In this document: piece by piece, positions 25,246 through 33,868 of the stretch
How positions within the stretch are numbered: position 1 is the stretch's first letter
Layout of the letters: the number at the start of each line of letters is the position of its first letter
Source of the DNA: a virus
Direction: 5' to 3' (one strand)
Length of the DNA: 33,868 nt
Virus record (IMG/VR): IMGVR_UViG_2509601008_000001
The notes under the pieces: model-generated
What the model was told of the DNA's origin: nothing
Database searches by the model: none
Seen by the model: the letters and a program-made list of their open reading frames with translations, nothing else
Program-made: the position numbers and the translations under genes

Positions 25246-25646
25246 GTACAGGCGACTATCTTGACGTAGTGTTTGATTCTCTAAGGATCTCTGCTCTTTC
25301 TGAGCCTGAAATAGTTGACGATTTCTCTTACAACGAAACCAGACTAGCATCAGGAGAGACGTTTATACAGACCTCTAGTACTCCGAGGTTCTCAAAAACA
25401 TATAGGTGTCTAACAGAGGATGATGTAGAGCGGGATGCAATCAGACTCAAGCGGGGCAAATTCGCAGATCTTGTAATTGATGGCATAACCTATAGCGGCT
25501 GCTGTATCAAGCCCCCCATTAGGTTCAAGTATACCCGTGTTCCTGGGCGGTGGGAATACGATATCACTTTTGTACAACATACTGGCACTCTACCCGTACC
25601 TGTAGCGGATGAACTCCCAGCCCTAATAGATGGAGGCAGCGCATGA
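25242..25646 (+). CDS. Distal tail (Dit-like) protein with C-terminal DGGSA extension
   Basis: Follows TMP. WEYDITFVQ, then LPVPVADELPALIDGGSA. Confidence 0.65.
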   Translation: MSTGDYLDVVFDSLRISALSEPEIVDDFSYNETRLASGETFIQTSSTPRFSKTYRCLTEDDVERDAIRLKRGKFADLVIDGITYSGCCIKPPIRFKYTRVPGRWEYDITFVQHTGTLPVPVADELPALIDGGSA

Positions 25647-25765
25647 TCTCAAATATAGAAACAGGACAGTTTATAATCTCAATAACTAAAATAGATGTCA
25701 ATGGTGTACCTGTTGAGAAAACAACGGTATACCCAGACGGTAAAGAAGTAACAGAGGTTTTATAA
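25643..25765 (+). CDS. 40-aa hypothetical protein
   Basis: Hand translation MISNIETGQFIISITKIDVNGVPVEKTTVYPDGKEVTEVL. Coupled by ATGA and TAATG. Confidence 0.55.
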   Translation: MISNIETGQFIISITKIDVNGVPVEKTTVYPDGKEVTEVL

Positions 25766-26136
25766 TGGCAATACTAACTAACGCAGGCAAAGTGGCAGCT
25801 GCAAAGCTGCTCAATGGTGTGGATTCTGTACCAGCATTCACCTATATCGCAATCGGTAGCGGCAGCACAGCAGAGGCAGCAACACAGACGCAGCTAGTGA
25901 CCGAGATCACAGCAAACGGAGGAGCAAGAGCGGCGGCTACCTGTTCCTATGTGGCATCGAATACAGCCAAATGGGAGAAGGAGTTCGCCTTCACAGGCGA
26001 CGTAACTATAAGAGAGTTTGGGGTATTCTCTGCCTCATCTGGAGGAACTATGCTTGTACGTCACCTGTTAGCAGCAGGCAAGGCTTATGAGAACGGGGAA
26101 AAGGCTCTTGTATCAATTAGTGCTGTAATATCCTAA
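25765..26136 (+). CDS. Tail/baseplate fibre-attachment protein
   Basis: LTNAGK...FTYIAIGSG......T.L..E...IREFGVF resembles tail-collar/fibre N-terminal domains. Confidence 0.75.
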   Translation: MAILTNAGKVAAAKLLNGVDSVPAFTYIAIGSGSTAEAATQTQLVTEITANGGARAAATCSYVASNTAKWEKEFAFTGDVTIREFGVFSASSGGTMLVRHLLAAGKAYENGEKALVSISAVIS

Positions 26137-26149
26137 TCGGAGTTATAAC

Positions 26150-28459
26150 ATGGCTTATCCAGGCTGGAAGTATAAAGGGCATGTGACTTTTGCAGATACA
26201 GCAAAAGCTAAAGAGGTGCAGGCGCTTGTATACATTTATTACCAGACTGGGATGAATTCTGATTTTAGTGACCTCCGTTTTGCTGCAACAGACGGTACTC
26301 CACTGCCGTATTATTTTGACTATGCTACGGCTGGATCAGTGGCAAGAGTTTGGGTCAGAGTTCCAGCCGGACAGACAACAATCAATTTCTATTATGGGAA
26401 TGCTGCAGCTACATCAGAATCAAGCGGAGCCAACACATTCTTCATATTCGATGAATTCAATGATGCGAACTGGGCGGACAACTGGTCCGGCGATACTGCC
26501 TCGTGGACTGCATCGGGCAGCCTGCTCAAGTGCAGCACGTCCGGCAAGAAAATCTATAGAGCGGTATCCGGTGGACTCGATGACAAGGCTATCTATGCAA
26601 GCATAGTCACAAAAGCTAATACTAATTTGAAATTTGGTATAGTGTTCAGGGCTTCCTGGGGAGAAGTCCAATTTACCAGGTCTTATACTTCCTCCTATCC
26701 TCGCAGATGGTCGGATGGTACGTATGTGTCCGGCTCATCTCCTCTATGGTCTGACAATACAGCAGCAGTGGACAGAGTAGATATATTCAGTACAAAAGCT
26801 GCCACTAAATATTATGTGGGAAATACTTCCTGGACAGCAATTACAGGCCCAAATACCCATACTGCTATGCTGTCTGCTGCTGGCCAATTTGGTTTATACG
26901 CCTATGCTCCCAATACGTACCAATACGTACGGTGGGTCAGGGTGCAGTCCTCTGCTACACTACTGAACTATACTGTGACAGTAGACGGTGCGAACAAAGA
27001 GGACATTATAGAATCGTTCAGCCTGCACATCACTCCGTCCCACGGGTTCACCGGGAAACACTATGCAACCCGGGCAGTAACAATTATACCCGAGGTGACT
27101 CCATACGAGACAGGGCTAGTGCTGTCTCCTACTGCGGAAATCAAGGACTACCTGACAGCGTCCACGGGGATCACTGTAACCCCTTCAACAGTAGCAGTCA
27201 ATGACTCTCTCTATGCCTCAACTGATGTTTACGTTACTCCTGCTGCCGATCCATTGATAGAGGGCATGGACCTGGATCAGTATCCCTGGACTGCTCTTAC
27301 TGTCCGCAAATCTATAGCAGATGCGATGTGGCAAATGGATATCAAATTTGAGGGGCATACTGTACCACCTACTCAGCGTAGGATATTCTACGATGTGCTA
27401 GACATATACGGGGACGTCAACCGGATATTTGCAGGTATCATACCTGAACCAGATTATGTAATATCGGACGCAGCAAATAAAACAAGTGTAGTTGCTTACG
27501 ATTATGCGTATTATCTGAGCAGGCAGCTAGTCCCATACGATGAAACCACGATCAAGCTAGTCACTGCGTATCCTACCTGGGGGGATTGGATAGAGCATCT
27601 CCTAGAGGGCACAGGGATCACAGCGTATAGGATAGCGGCAGGGCCTACCACTACAGCAGAGTTTTCCCTTACTCCCAAAACAACCAAGATGCAGGCCATC
27701 AAAAAGATAGCGGACTATCTAGGCTATCTATTCCTAGTCTCCTGGGATGGGGACGATGCTATAGCATATTTCATAGACCCAGCTAACATAGATGAGCCTA
27801 CTGCAGGGCTTGATCTTCCTGCTCAATACGATGTGTACCACACAGACGGGACGCTTGTAGGCATCCCCTCTGCAAAACCAGTGTCTGAGAAAACGTACAA
27901 TAGAATAATCGTTAGGGGCAGAGACCCTGTAAACAATGTGTACCTGACCTCAGTAGCAGAGACAGACAGGCTGACAGGAGGCTATGAGTACGCAAGAGAG
28001 TATTACGAGGAGTCACTGAACTACACTACTCAGGCTATCTGCGATACTCGGGCAGCTTTCCTGCTTGCTGGGCTGTCTACTGAATTGTATACGGTCAGAG
28101 CAACATTCAAGCTTAGGCATGATTTTAGGTTATGGCAAAAAATAAGGTTCCTCGGTGATGGTTTTCCGGCCGCTGTAACCAATATGGGAGTAATGAGGAT
28201 AGTCAACATCTCGCACTCAATCCAGGAAGCAGACTCCACGGTCACTATAGAGTGTACGGTAGATCAGGATATCTCTCTTATCTCTGAACTTGCAGATGTG
28301 TTCGATTCAAACACAGTATCCGAAACAGTAGGAATAGTAGACAATAAATTCTCTACTCAGGCAGAGATCCAAGCAGGCACTATAACAGCCATTAACGGCA
28401 CTACTGCTACGGTATTACTTGAGAACGGAAATACAATACAAGCGAGGCTGCTAGAATGA
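26150..28459 (+). CDS. DUF2341 plus lectin-like domain fused to a baseplate hub (Tal/gp27-like) domain
   Basis: DFSDLRF..DG..LPYY...VWVRVP...YYGN..A.S.S....F.FDEF (DUF2341); C-terminal YNRIIVRG hub-like region. Confidence 0.75.
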   Translation: MAYPGWKYKGHVTFADTAKAKEVQALVYIYYQTGMNSDFSDLRFAATDGTPLPYYFDYATAGSVARVWVRVPAGQTTINFYYGNAAATSESSGANTFFIFDEFNDANWADNWSGDTASWTASGSLLKCSTSGKKIYRAVSGGLDDKAIYASIVTKANTNLKFGIVFRASWGEVQFTRSYTSSYPRRWSDGTYVSGSSPLWSDNTAAVDRVDIFSTKAATKYYVGNTSWTAITGPNTHTAMLSAAGQFGLYAYAPNTYQYVRWVRVQSSATLLNYTVTVDGANKEDIIESFSLHITPSHGFTGKHYATRAVTIIPEVTPYETGLVLSPTAEIKDYLTASTGITVTPSTVAVNDSLYASTDVYVTPAADPLIEGMDLDQYPWTALTVRKSIADAMWQMDIKFEGHTVPPTQRRIFYDVLDIYGDVNRIFAGIIPEPDYVISDAANKTSVVAYDYAYYLSRQLVPYDETTIKLVTAYPTWGDWIEHLLEGTGITAYRIAAGPTTTAEFSLTPKTTKMQAIKKIADYLGYLFLVSWDGDDAIAYFIDPANIDEPTAGLDLPAQYDVYHTDGTLVGIPSAKPVSEKTYNRIIVRGRDPVNNVYLTSVAETDRLTGGYEYAREYYEESLNYTTQAICDTRAAFLLAGLSTELYTVRATFKLRHDFRLWQKIRFLGDGFPAAVTNMGVMRIVNISHSIQEADSTVTIECTVDQDISLISELADVFDSNTVSETVGIVDNKFSTQAEIQAGTITAINGTTATVLLENGNTIQARLLE

Positions 28460-29166
28460 CTTACAATGTAGGAGACAGGGGGCTAGTTGTCACTACTCGC
28501 TCAATGGGTTCAGAGTTCATTAAGAACAATGCTACTGCTGCTGTTGATGACCGGGTATTAATATATCCAATTCAAGGCAAAGCTATTCCTGTAGCAATCC
28601 CTGCAACAGCAAGCGAGGCAACAGACCGAGTATATACTGTTCCTCTGGGGAATGGTAGAGGCTGGGCTGTACAGCAACCACAACCCAAATTCACTATTGA
28701 AGATCCCGAGGTTCCTTCTTCTACTACGGTAGTAGAATTTGATATCAGGATAGATGAGTACCCAGGGGCTACGTATTGGGGCTATGAGCTGTTCAGCAGG
28801 GCAACCTCTGGCACTAATATAGTTTGGATGTTTGGGTTCTCTGGCATAGGGTCTGATACGTATCCTTACAGGCTCAAGGTGATGGCTACCCAGGGAGGAG
28901 TATTCAAATACGTATGTGATGCCTCAAAACAGCTATACATAGGAACCACATATCATATCATATGGACAGCATCAGGAGGCATGTCTGGGATGACAAGAAA
29001 CGGACTACCTCAGGGGGTCCCTTATCCCTGCGTTCTGGAGTACGGCCTGACTACACAGCTCAATTATCCCGATACCGTAGTAGGTACGGGACTGGCACAC
29101 GGTACGCATCAGGCATTCGGCTCTACAAAAGGACTGATTTCAAACATCACAATCACTAATTCGTGA
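28456..29166 (+). CDS. Minor tail protein
   Basis: ATGA-coupled, beta-rich, late tail position. Confidence 0.6.
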   Translation: MTYNVGDRGLVVTTRSMGSEFIKNNATAAVDDRVLIYPIQGKAIPVAIPATASEATDRVYTVPLGNGRGWAVQQPQPKFTIEDPEVPSSTTVVEFDIRIDEYPGATYWGYELFSRATSGTNIVWMFGFSGIGSDTYPYRLKVMATQGGVFKYVCDASKQLYIGTTYHIIWTASGGMSGMTRNGLPQGVPYPCVLEYGLTTQLNYPDTVVGTGLAHGTHQAFGSTKGLISNITITNS

Positions 29167-29176
29167 GGACACAACA

Positions 29177-30877
29177 ATGGCGACAACAGTATCAAGCAGC
29201 GCAGAACTTATAGCAGCCCTTGCAAGGGGCGGCACTATCGAGATAGAACCAGGTACGTACTCTATCAGAAGAGCAGCTATAGCAAAATCAGATACAGCAC
29301 TGGTAGCAGCAGACCAAACAAAGAAGCCAGTGCTGCAAATGGCAGCCAGTCATCCGTCTGCTCCTATGCTCTCTGGGTACAATGTAGACGGAGTAGAGTT
29401 TGAGGATCTTATCTTAGACGGGAATTTCTCCAAACAGCCAGGGGCAATTAGAGGCAGGTCTGAGCTGGCGCTGTGCTGGCTAAGGAATAGTGATGACGTA
29501 TCTATGCAAAACTGCCTGCTCCGTAATGGTGCAAGCGATGGGCTGAAACTTACAACCAGCGATGGGGCAAAGATCCTCAACAATACCGTAGCTCATCTGG
29601 GTCACGATGCTTTCTATTTCATGTATGGGTGTGATAATGGAGTCTATGCAGGCAACAACGTAATGACCAGAACCAACTCGGGCGGCCGCTGGTCTTACGG
29701 TGCAGCAGGTTGGGATATTCACGATAATGAGATATGGTCTGAGATAGAGCCCTGGAGCACAGGGCCGGGCCTTGAGTTCGACAAGCGGATGTTCGTGAAG
29801 ATGAAGATTCACGGCAATAACTTCCACACGCTCAACGGCTCAGGCATCTGGCTATTAGGGGATATAGCAAGCTGTGATAAGGTATCTATCTACGAAAATA
29901 CTTTTGATTTTGTGGGCAGGTACTACAACAATGATCTCAAATACAATGGCTACAGCAATGCAGGAATAGCAGGAGCAGGTTTTGATGGAGTAGAAATAAG
30001 GGACAACATGTTCAAAAACTTGATGTACTGTATAGAGATGTCTGAAGCTCTGTACCCAATCTCGGGTAATTACAGATGGAATTTCAATAATAATACTGTC
30101 AGTAATTGCCGCTATGGGTTTAGGATAGATCAGGCAAGAGGTTCGATCAGAGGCTCAGGAAACAAACTTACGGGTATAACCACATACTCGCATAATCTGA
30201 AAGGAACGCTCAACCTAGTGGCTCCTACGAGCCCAGTAGAGAACGCTGAGCCGATTGATTCAGGAGAAGTAATACAAACCATCCTCTCAGTTGTGGACTC
30301 TGCTGGGAAAATAGGAACTCAAACTATCGATATCAAGACTTCTGCTGTAGCTCCTCGCAATAGTACTCTATCCTTAGCTACTGTCAAACTGTCCGTAGAT
30401 GGAAGGTACGGTACAAGGAACGTAGAGTTTCTTGTATCTACAGCTTCCCCAGAAACGAAGCTACAGACAGCCGTCACCGGAACAGATCTATTGGTCTCAC
30501 TGACACTCAAAAGAAAAGCGTCAAGCGGGTCAGTACAATTCCTCCTGCCTACACTTGAAGCATCTGCAGGATACAACGAGCTCAAAATCAGGACGGCAGA
30601 CGGACGATATGGAGAAGCGAAACTTAATATAGTGTTAGCTGAACCTCCTACACCAGAGCCGGAACCTGAGCCAGCGATAGAGCCTACTCCAGTAGAGAAC
30701 AATATACACTTTACGTTAAGCGTAGATACCAGGAACCAGCGGCTCTATGTCAATGAAAAAGTAGGTACTTCTAAAATAAAAACAGAAGGGGATGGCATAA
30801 CCGGGTATCTCAAACTCAGAACGGCTGATAATTATTATATTGAGATACCCATATCGGGAACGATGGTAAAGGGGTAA
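29177..30877 (+). CDS. Right-handed parallel beta-helix protein (pectate-lyase fold; disaggregatase-like depolymerase candidate)
   Basis: PbH1-type repeats (I..N ladders); DGLK...NNTVAHLGHDAFY...TRTNSG...GPGL...GSGIWL; C-terminal beta modules and a PEPEPEP linker. Confidence 0.8.
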   Translation: MATTVSSSAELIAALARGGTIEIEPGTYSIRRAAIAKSDTALVAADQTKKPVLQMAASHPSAPMLSGYNVDGVEFEDLILDGNFSKQPGAIRGRSELALCWLRNSDDVSMQNCLLRNGASDGLKLTTSDGAKILNNTVAHLGHDAFYFMYGCDNGVYAGNNVMTRTNSGGRWSYGAAGWDIHDNEIWSEIEPWSTGPGLEFDKRMFVKMKIHGNNFHTLNGSGIWLLGDIASCDKVSIYENTFDFVGRYYNNDLKYNGYSNAGIAGAGFDGVEIRDNMFKNLMYCIEMSEALYPISGNYRWNFNNNTVSNCRYGFRIDQARGSIRGSGNKLTGITTYSHNLKGTLNLVAPTSPVENAEPIDSGEVIQTILSVVDSAGKIGTQTIDIKTSAVAPRNSTLSLATVKLSVDGRYGTRNVEFLVSTASPETKLQTAVTGTDLLVSLTLKRKASSGSVQFLLPTLEASAGYNELKIRTADGRYGEAKLNIVLAEPPTPEPEPEPAIEPTPVENNIHFTLSVDTRNQRLYVNEKVGTSKIKTEGDGITGYLKLRTADNYYIEIPISGTMVKG

Positions 30878-30882
30878 GGCGC

Positions 30883-31101
30883 TTACTCTTTTTTCACCAA
30901 CCTTATATTGTTGAAAACTTCTCCTTTTTCCATTAGGTCTAGTAACTCATGATAATCTCTAGCTCTTGGGGTCTCTTTTCTCAACTCCTCCCGTAGAGCC
31001 CAATGCAGGTAATCAGAGAATCTCAATATGGGCACGTCTCTCCATGTTTTGTCTAGGTACTCGGTCTGCATGATAAAAGGGTATAGGAATCTCACCTTCA
31101 A
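30883..31101 (-). CDS. Hypothetical protein
   Basis: Last gene of the minus-strand block. Start uncertain. Confidence 0.5.
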   Translation of the reverse strand: MKVRFLYPFIMQTEYLDKTWRDVPILRFSDYLHWALREELRKETPRARDYHELLDLMEKGEVFNNIRLVKKE

Positions 31102-31506
31102 TCATCCCCATGGCCCGTCATGCATCGTTTTCACAAACGAAACTCTGATTATTACACGATTTGCGGCCCTGTGTTTGGCCAATTCGTTTTTGATGTTTTC
31201 TGCGATATGTGAATCGATTTCTGCCGTAGTGCAGTGGACATAAGTGTCATCTCCTATACTGCATAGTATATCAGACATTATTGCCCCTGTGTGAATCAGC
31301 TCGGCACTGACTGTATCAACCTCCCCTCTATACATATCGTGTATTATGATTTCATATTTCAGGGCTATACTATATTCTACCCCTCTCACAGCCGGGCCAA
31401 AATACAAGGGCAGTACACGCAAATTTAAAAAATCACTATACAACGACTCTAGCACAGCGGCACGAGGTATATCATATAGACGTTTGCTAATGTCTGTTTC
31501 TGTCAT
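31102..31506 (-). CDS. Hypothetical protein
   Basis: 134-aa ORF, ATGA-coupled. Confidence 0.6.
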   Translation of the reverse strand: MTETDISKRLYDIPRAAVLESLYSDFLNLRVLPLYFGPAVRGVEYSIALKYEIIIHDMYRGEVDTVSAELIHTGAIMSDILCSIGDDTYVHCTTAEIDSHIAENIKNELAKHRAANRVIIRVSFVKTMHDGPWG

Positions 31507-31664
31507 TTCATTCGCCTCATTGTAATATATTTTAGCTCCCCCCCCTTCTTACTCATTTTCAAGGTAGGCGCTTCATAGTTCTGCATGATTTGCCCGATTT
31601 TTTCGGCTAGCGGCAGCAATGCTGCGGCTGCTCTATCAGTGAAATTAATCATTGCTGTATTCAT
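31503..31664 (-). CDS. 53-aa hypothetical protein
   Basis: Hand translation MNTAMINFTDRAAAALLPLAEKIGQIMQNYEAPTLKMSKKGGELKYITMRRMK. ATGA overlaps at both ends. Confidence 0.5.
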   Translation of the reverse strand: MNTAMINFTDRAAAALLPLAEKIGQIMQNYEAPTLKMSKKGGELKYITMRRMK

Positions 31665-32122
31665 TCCTTTGCCCACTTTTTGATATCCTCCTGCTGCTCA
31701 GTGGACATTCCATACCATACTATGTATGCAGCGGGACTCAACCAATCTTCTCCATTCCACCACTTAGAATATTTCTCCTGATACAATTCAGATAATATAT
31801 ATTGTTCAGGAGTCTGTATACTGTGCAGCAATGAGATGTTGTGTTCACAGTCGAACAATGAGCACAATACTCTGATTGCTGATTGCTGAATTGTGCTAAT
31901 ATTGATGTAGTGCTCCCTCACTAGATCTACAAGTTGATCCAGCCGGGGTAACCAGGTGCATGAAGTGACCACCACCACTTTTGCCAATTCTGGCAAAGCG
32001 GGGAGTGTAACCACGTTCCCATCTAATTTGTGGAATACAAAGTCACCTTCGCTCGGCTTCCATCTCTCTTGCAATTCCTGTGCTTGTCTGCACATTGTGA
32101 TATATTCAGTAGACGTGTCCAT
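31661..32122 (-). CDS. Phage protein of unknown function
   Basis: MDTS.EYI.MC..A.E.Q..W.P..GD...WLPR.DQL motif, recalled from uncharacterised phage proteins. Confidence 0.7.
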   Translation of the reverse strand: MDTSTEYITMCRQAQELQERWKPSEGDFVFHKLDGNVVTLPALPELAKVVVVTSCTWLPRLDQLVDLVREHYINISTIQQSAIRVLCSLFDCEHNISLLHSIQTPEQYILSELYQEKYSKWWNGEDWLSPAAYIVWYGMSTEQQEDIKKWAKE

Positions 32123-32316
32123 TATTCAGACTCCTCCTGCTCATTGGTCCTCCTCAACTCTTTTATTTTGTTTTGGATGGTTCCCCTAGATAGGGGTATT
32201 CCTCTGAGATTATAATACTCAACAATCTCCACTTGATTATACCCCTCATCGAGTAGGGTTCGCAGGGATTTTAGATCATCATGTAGGGGGATATCAATAG
32301 AGGGGCGGGGCATCAA
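32122..32316 (-). CDS. Small HTH DNA-binding protein
   Basis: GYNQVEI..YY...G.PLSRGTIQNKIKE. GAGGTGAGG RBS. Confidence 0.7.
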   Translation of the reverse strand: MMPRPSIDIPLHDDLKSLRTLLDEGYNQVEIVEYYNLRGIPLSRGTIQNKIKELRRTNEQEESE

Positions 32317-32349
32317 TCCTCACCTCTTTGACACTGCATTTGTATCTCC

Positions 32350-32586
32350 TTATTCCCTCCAATCCTTAGGAATAAGGATTCTCGCTGTCCTCTTGGCCGC
32401 AAGTTCCGCGCGGAACTTACTTGCTTCTGCTCCTGTCTCCACATGGAGACCGAGACAGTCGGTATAATGGACTGACCACACGTACCTAGAACCCATCCTA
32501 GATACGCGTTTTTCAATATAACTGTTGTCCGGCCATACACTGTGTCCAACGTTACTTACTTCTATCATCATTTTCTTCACCTTCAT
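32350..32586 (-). CDS. Hypothetical protein
   Basis: First ORF after the minus-strand promoter. May start at 32571 after an AAGGTGA RBS. Confidence 0.55.
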   Translation of the reverse strand: MKVKKMMIEVSNVGHSVWPDNSYIEKRVSRMGSRYVWSVHYTDCLGLHVETGAEASKFRAELAAKRTARILIPKDWRE

Positions 32587-32599
32587 ATTCCCGTACTAC

Positions 32600-32640
32600 A
32601 ATTACTAATAGGTGCTAATTACATATATAGTTTTTGGCAC
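32600..32640 (-). promoter_or_regulatory. Archaeal BRE/TATA promoter for the minus-strand accessory operon
   Basis: Minus strand reads CCAAAAACTATATATG about 40 nt upstream of ATG 32586. Confidence 0.6.
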
Positions 32641-32641
32641 A

Positions 32642-33868
32642 TTACTTGCTCTTTCTTAGCTTAGCTTGTGTGATAATATCCCTCACTTCTACCCATGCTT
32701 TGAGGGCATGTATTTCTCTTTCGAGCCTCTCAACCTCACTTAATGCCATATCTACCTTAAGTGAGTCCTTCCCTTTTGTAGCTGCATAGGCTTGATTCTC
32801 ATCCTTCATCCTTTGATATTCCTCTGAGCTTTCGAGGTCTACGGCTTCCTGTATCGTAAGTGCTGGCACGTACTGTATGTAGAGATCCCGCAGCTTGTCG
32901 GGCGATGCCCTAAAATATGCTGTTCGTGTAGCGTCTAATGTGTGGCCCATAAAATACTCTGCTATCATCGAGTCACAGCCTGCGTTAATCAGAGCAGAGT
33001 AAAAGACCTTGCGCATGTTATGAGAGCGGATGAGCCCCCACTGGCCCGCTCCTTTCTTACTCTCAATGATATGCTGCATCTCCCTATACACTTCTGCAAA
33101 AGAAGTGCGGCTATACTTGCGCAGCTCTTCATCCTGCGTCTCAAGATATGCTGCAGGTATATGTCCCTTGACAAAGAGGTATCCGTCATCAGTTGTCCGT
33201 CTCTTTTGATATGCTGCGACTACATCTTTGTTTTTGGAGATAGGCGGCACGTCTCTCCACGCTAGGTACTGTTGTACTGCTCTGGAAGCCTCCGGGCTTA
33301 AGAAAGTAACATGATCGTACTGAGCCTTTTCTCTCCTGATATATAGCATAGCGAGCCCGGTCTCCGAGTCGTACCCTTCTCTGAACTGCGATATTTTGAG
33401 GTTAGTTATTTCATTAGCACCTAACCCAGAGCTACAGCCTACCAGGAGAAGAGCCCGTTCCAGTGGGCCCACAACCTCAAGGACTTTTCTTATATCCTCT
33501 ATACTAGGGATCTTTGTATGCTCTTCCCTGGGAGCAGCTCTTTTGAGCTTGCCTACATTGACATTGATATCAAAAGTATTGTAGAAAGAGCGCATTACAT
33601 CTATGAATTTTCTTACAGTCTTAGGCGCTTTGCCCTGCTCTTCCAGGTACTCTTTGTACCTCAGCAATTCTGCTCTATGGGTCTGGAGCCTACGCTGTAA
33701 GTTTCGCTCTCTCTCTGCTTCCTCTAGCATCTCGCTAGGTGTTTTCTGGGTCCATCTGCAATACTGTAATAGGATCTGACAATATGAAGCCCATGTTGTA
33801 GGGGCGGGGGAAATAGACCGCTTCCATTCCTGCACAGCTAGATCTTCGGCTAGTTCGGCTTTATCCAT
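32642..33868 (-). CDS. int: Tyrosine integrase (Methanosarcina-like), 408 aa
   Basis: SAM-like N-domain (APKTVR...RSFY); SSGLGANEI box I; RREK; IRSHNMRK; MGH; catalytic Tyr in AYF. Confidence 0.93.
   Translation of the reverse strand: MDKAELAEDLAVQEWKRSISPAPTTWASYCQILLQYCRWTQKTPSEMLEEAERERNLQRRLQTHRAELLRYKEYLEEQGKAPKTVRKFIDVMRSFYNTFDINVNVGKLKRAAPREEHTKIPSIEDIRKVLEVVGPLERALLLVGCSSGLGANEITNLKISQFREGYDSETGLAMLYIRREKAQYDHVTFLSPEASRAVQQYLAWRDVPPISKNKDVVAAYQKRRTTDDGYLFVKGHIPAAYLETQDEELRKYSRTSFAEVYREMQHIIESKKGAGQWGLIRSHNMRKVFYSALINAGCDSMIAEYFMGHTLDATRTAYFRASPDKLRDLYIQYVPALTIQEAVDLESSEEYQRMKDENQAYAATKGKDSLKVDMALSEVERLEREIHALKAWVEVRDIITQAKLRKSK

Larger units (their letters stand above)
1..33868. mobile_element. 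Temperate archaeal head-tail virus or provirus (siphovirus morphotype), probable Methanosarcinales host
   Basis: Full ordered set of TerS, TerL, portal, MuF, protease, MCP, neck, tail tube, TAC, TMP and tail genes, plus an integrase. No sheath gene. Archaeal-style promoters and RBSs. Host is an inference. Confidence 0.93.

Noticed and set aside
32313-32549. Alternative minus-strand ORF overlapping 32350-32586
   Set aside because: The competing frame has the promoter-proximal start and an RBS. This one cannot be fully excluded because it is TGATG-coupled to the next gene.
1-33868. att sites, terminal repeats, IS elements, tail sheath, methyltransferase
   Set aside because: None recognisable by eye. 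The window ends coincide with start codons, so boundaries lie outside.

Overview
The window is one near-complete temperate head-tail (Caudoviricetes, siphovirus-type) virus or provirus of about 33.9 kb. It starts exactly at the ATG of a small RHH gene and ends exactly at the minus-strand ATG of a tyrosine integrase, so no att sites are visible. The host is most likely an archaeon of the Methanosarcinales. This is inferred from archaeal TATA promoters, GGAGGTGA-type ribosome-binding sites, many Cys-rich microproteins, an integrase resembling those of Methanosarcina, and a beta-helix protein resembling disaggregatase. Layout: early region 1-7343 (RHH regulators, Zn-finger microproteins, DUF6948 plus a Gly-X repeat protein, Bet/RecT, YopX); packaging 7340-10262 (TerS and an intein-containing TerL); head 10615-17933 (portal, an inserted Mtd_N adhesin cassette, MuF, protease/scaffold, decoration, MCP); neck and tail 17939-30877; and a convergent minus-strand block 30883-33868 ending in the integrase. 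The strongest observation is a 359-aa TerL intein with no in-frame endonuclease that hides a complete multi-Zn-finger HNH endonuclease in its +1 reading frame. Other highlights are an identical C-terminal DGGSA tag on three unrelated virion proteins, a disaggregatase-like depolymerase, a possible Csx3/Crn3-like protein, a tRNA-top-half-like RNA structure, and two families of palindromic regulatory repeats. All family assignments come from motif recognition by eye; no database searches were run.
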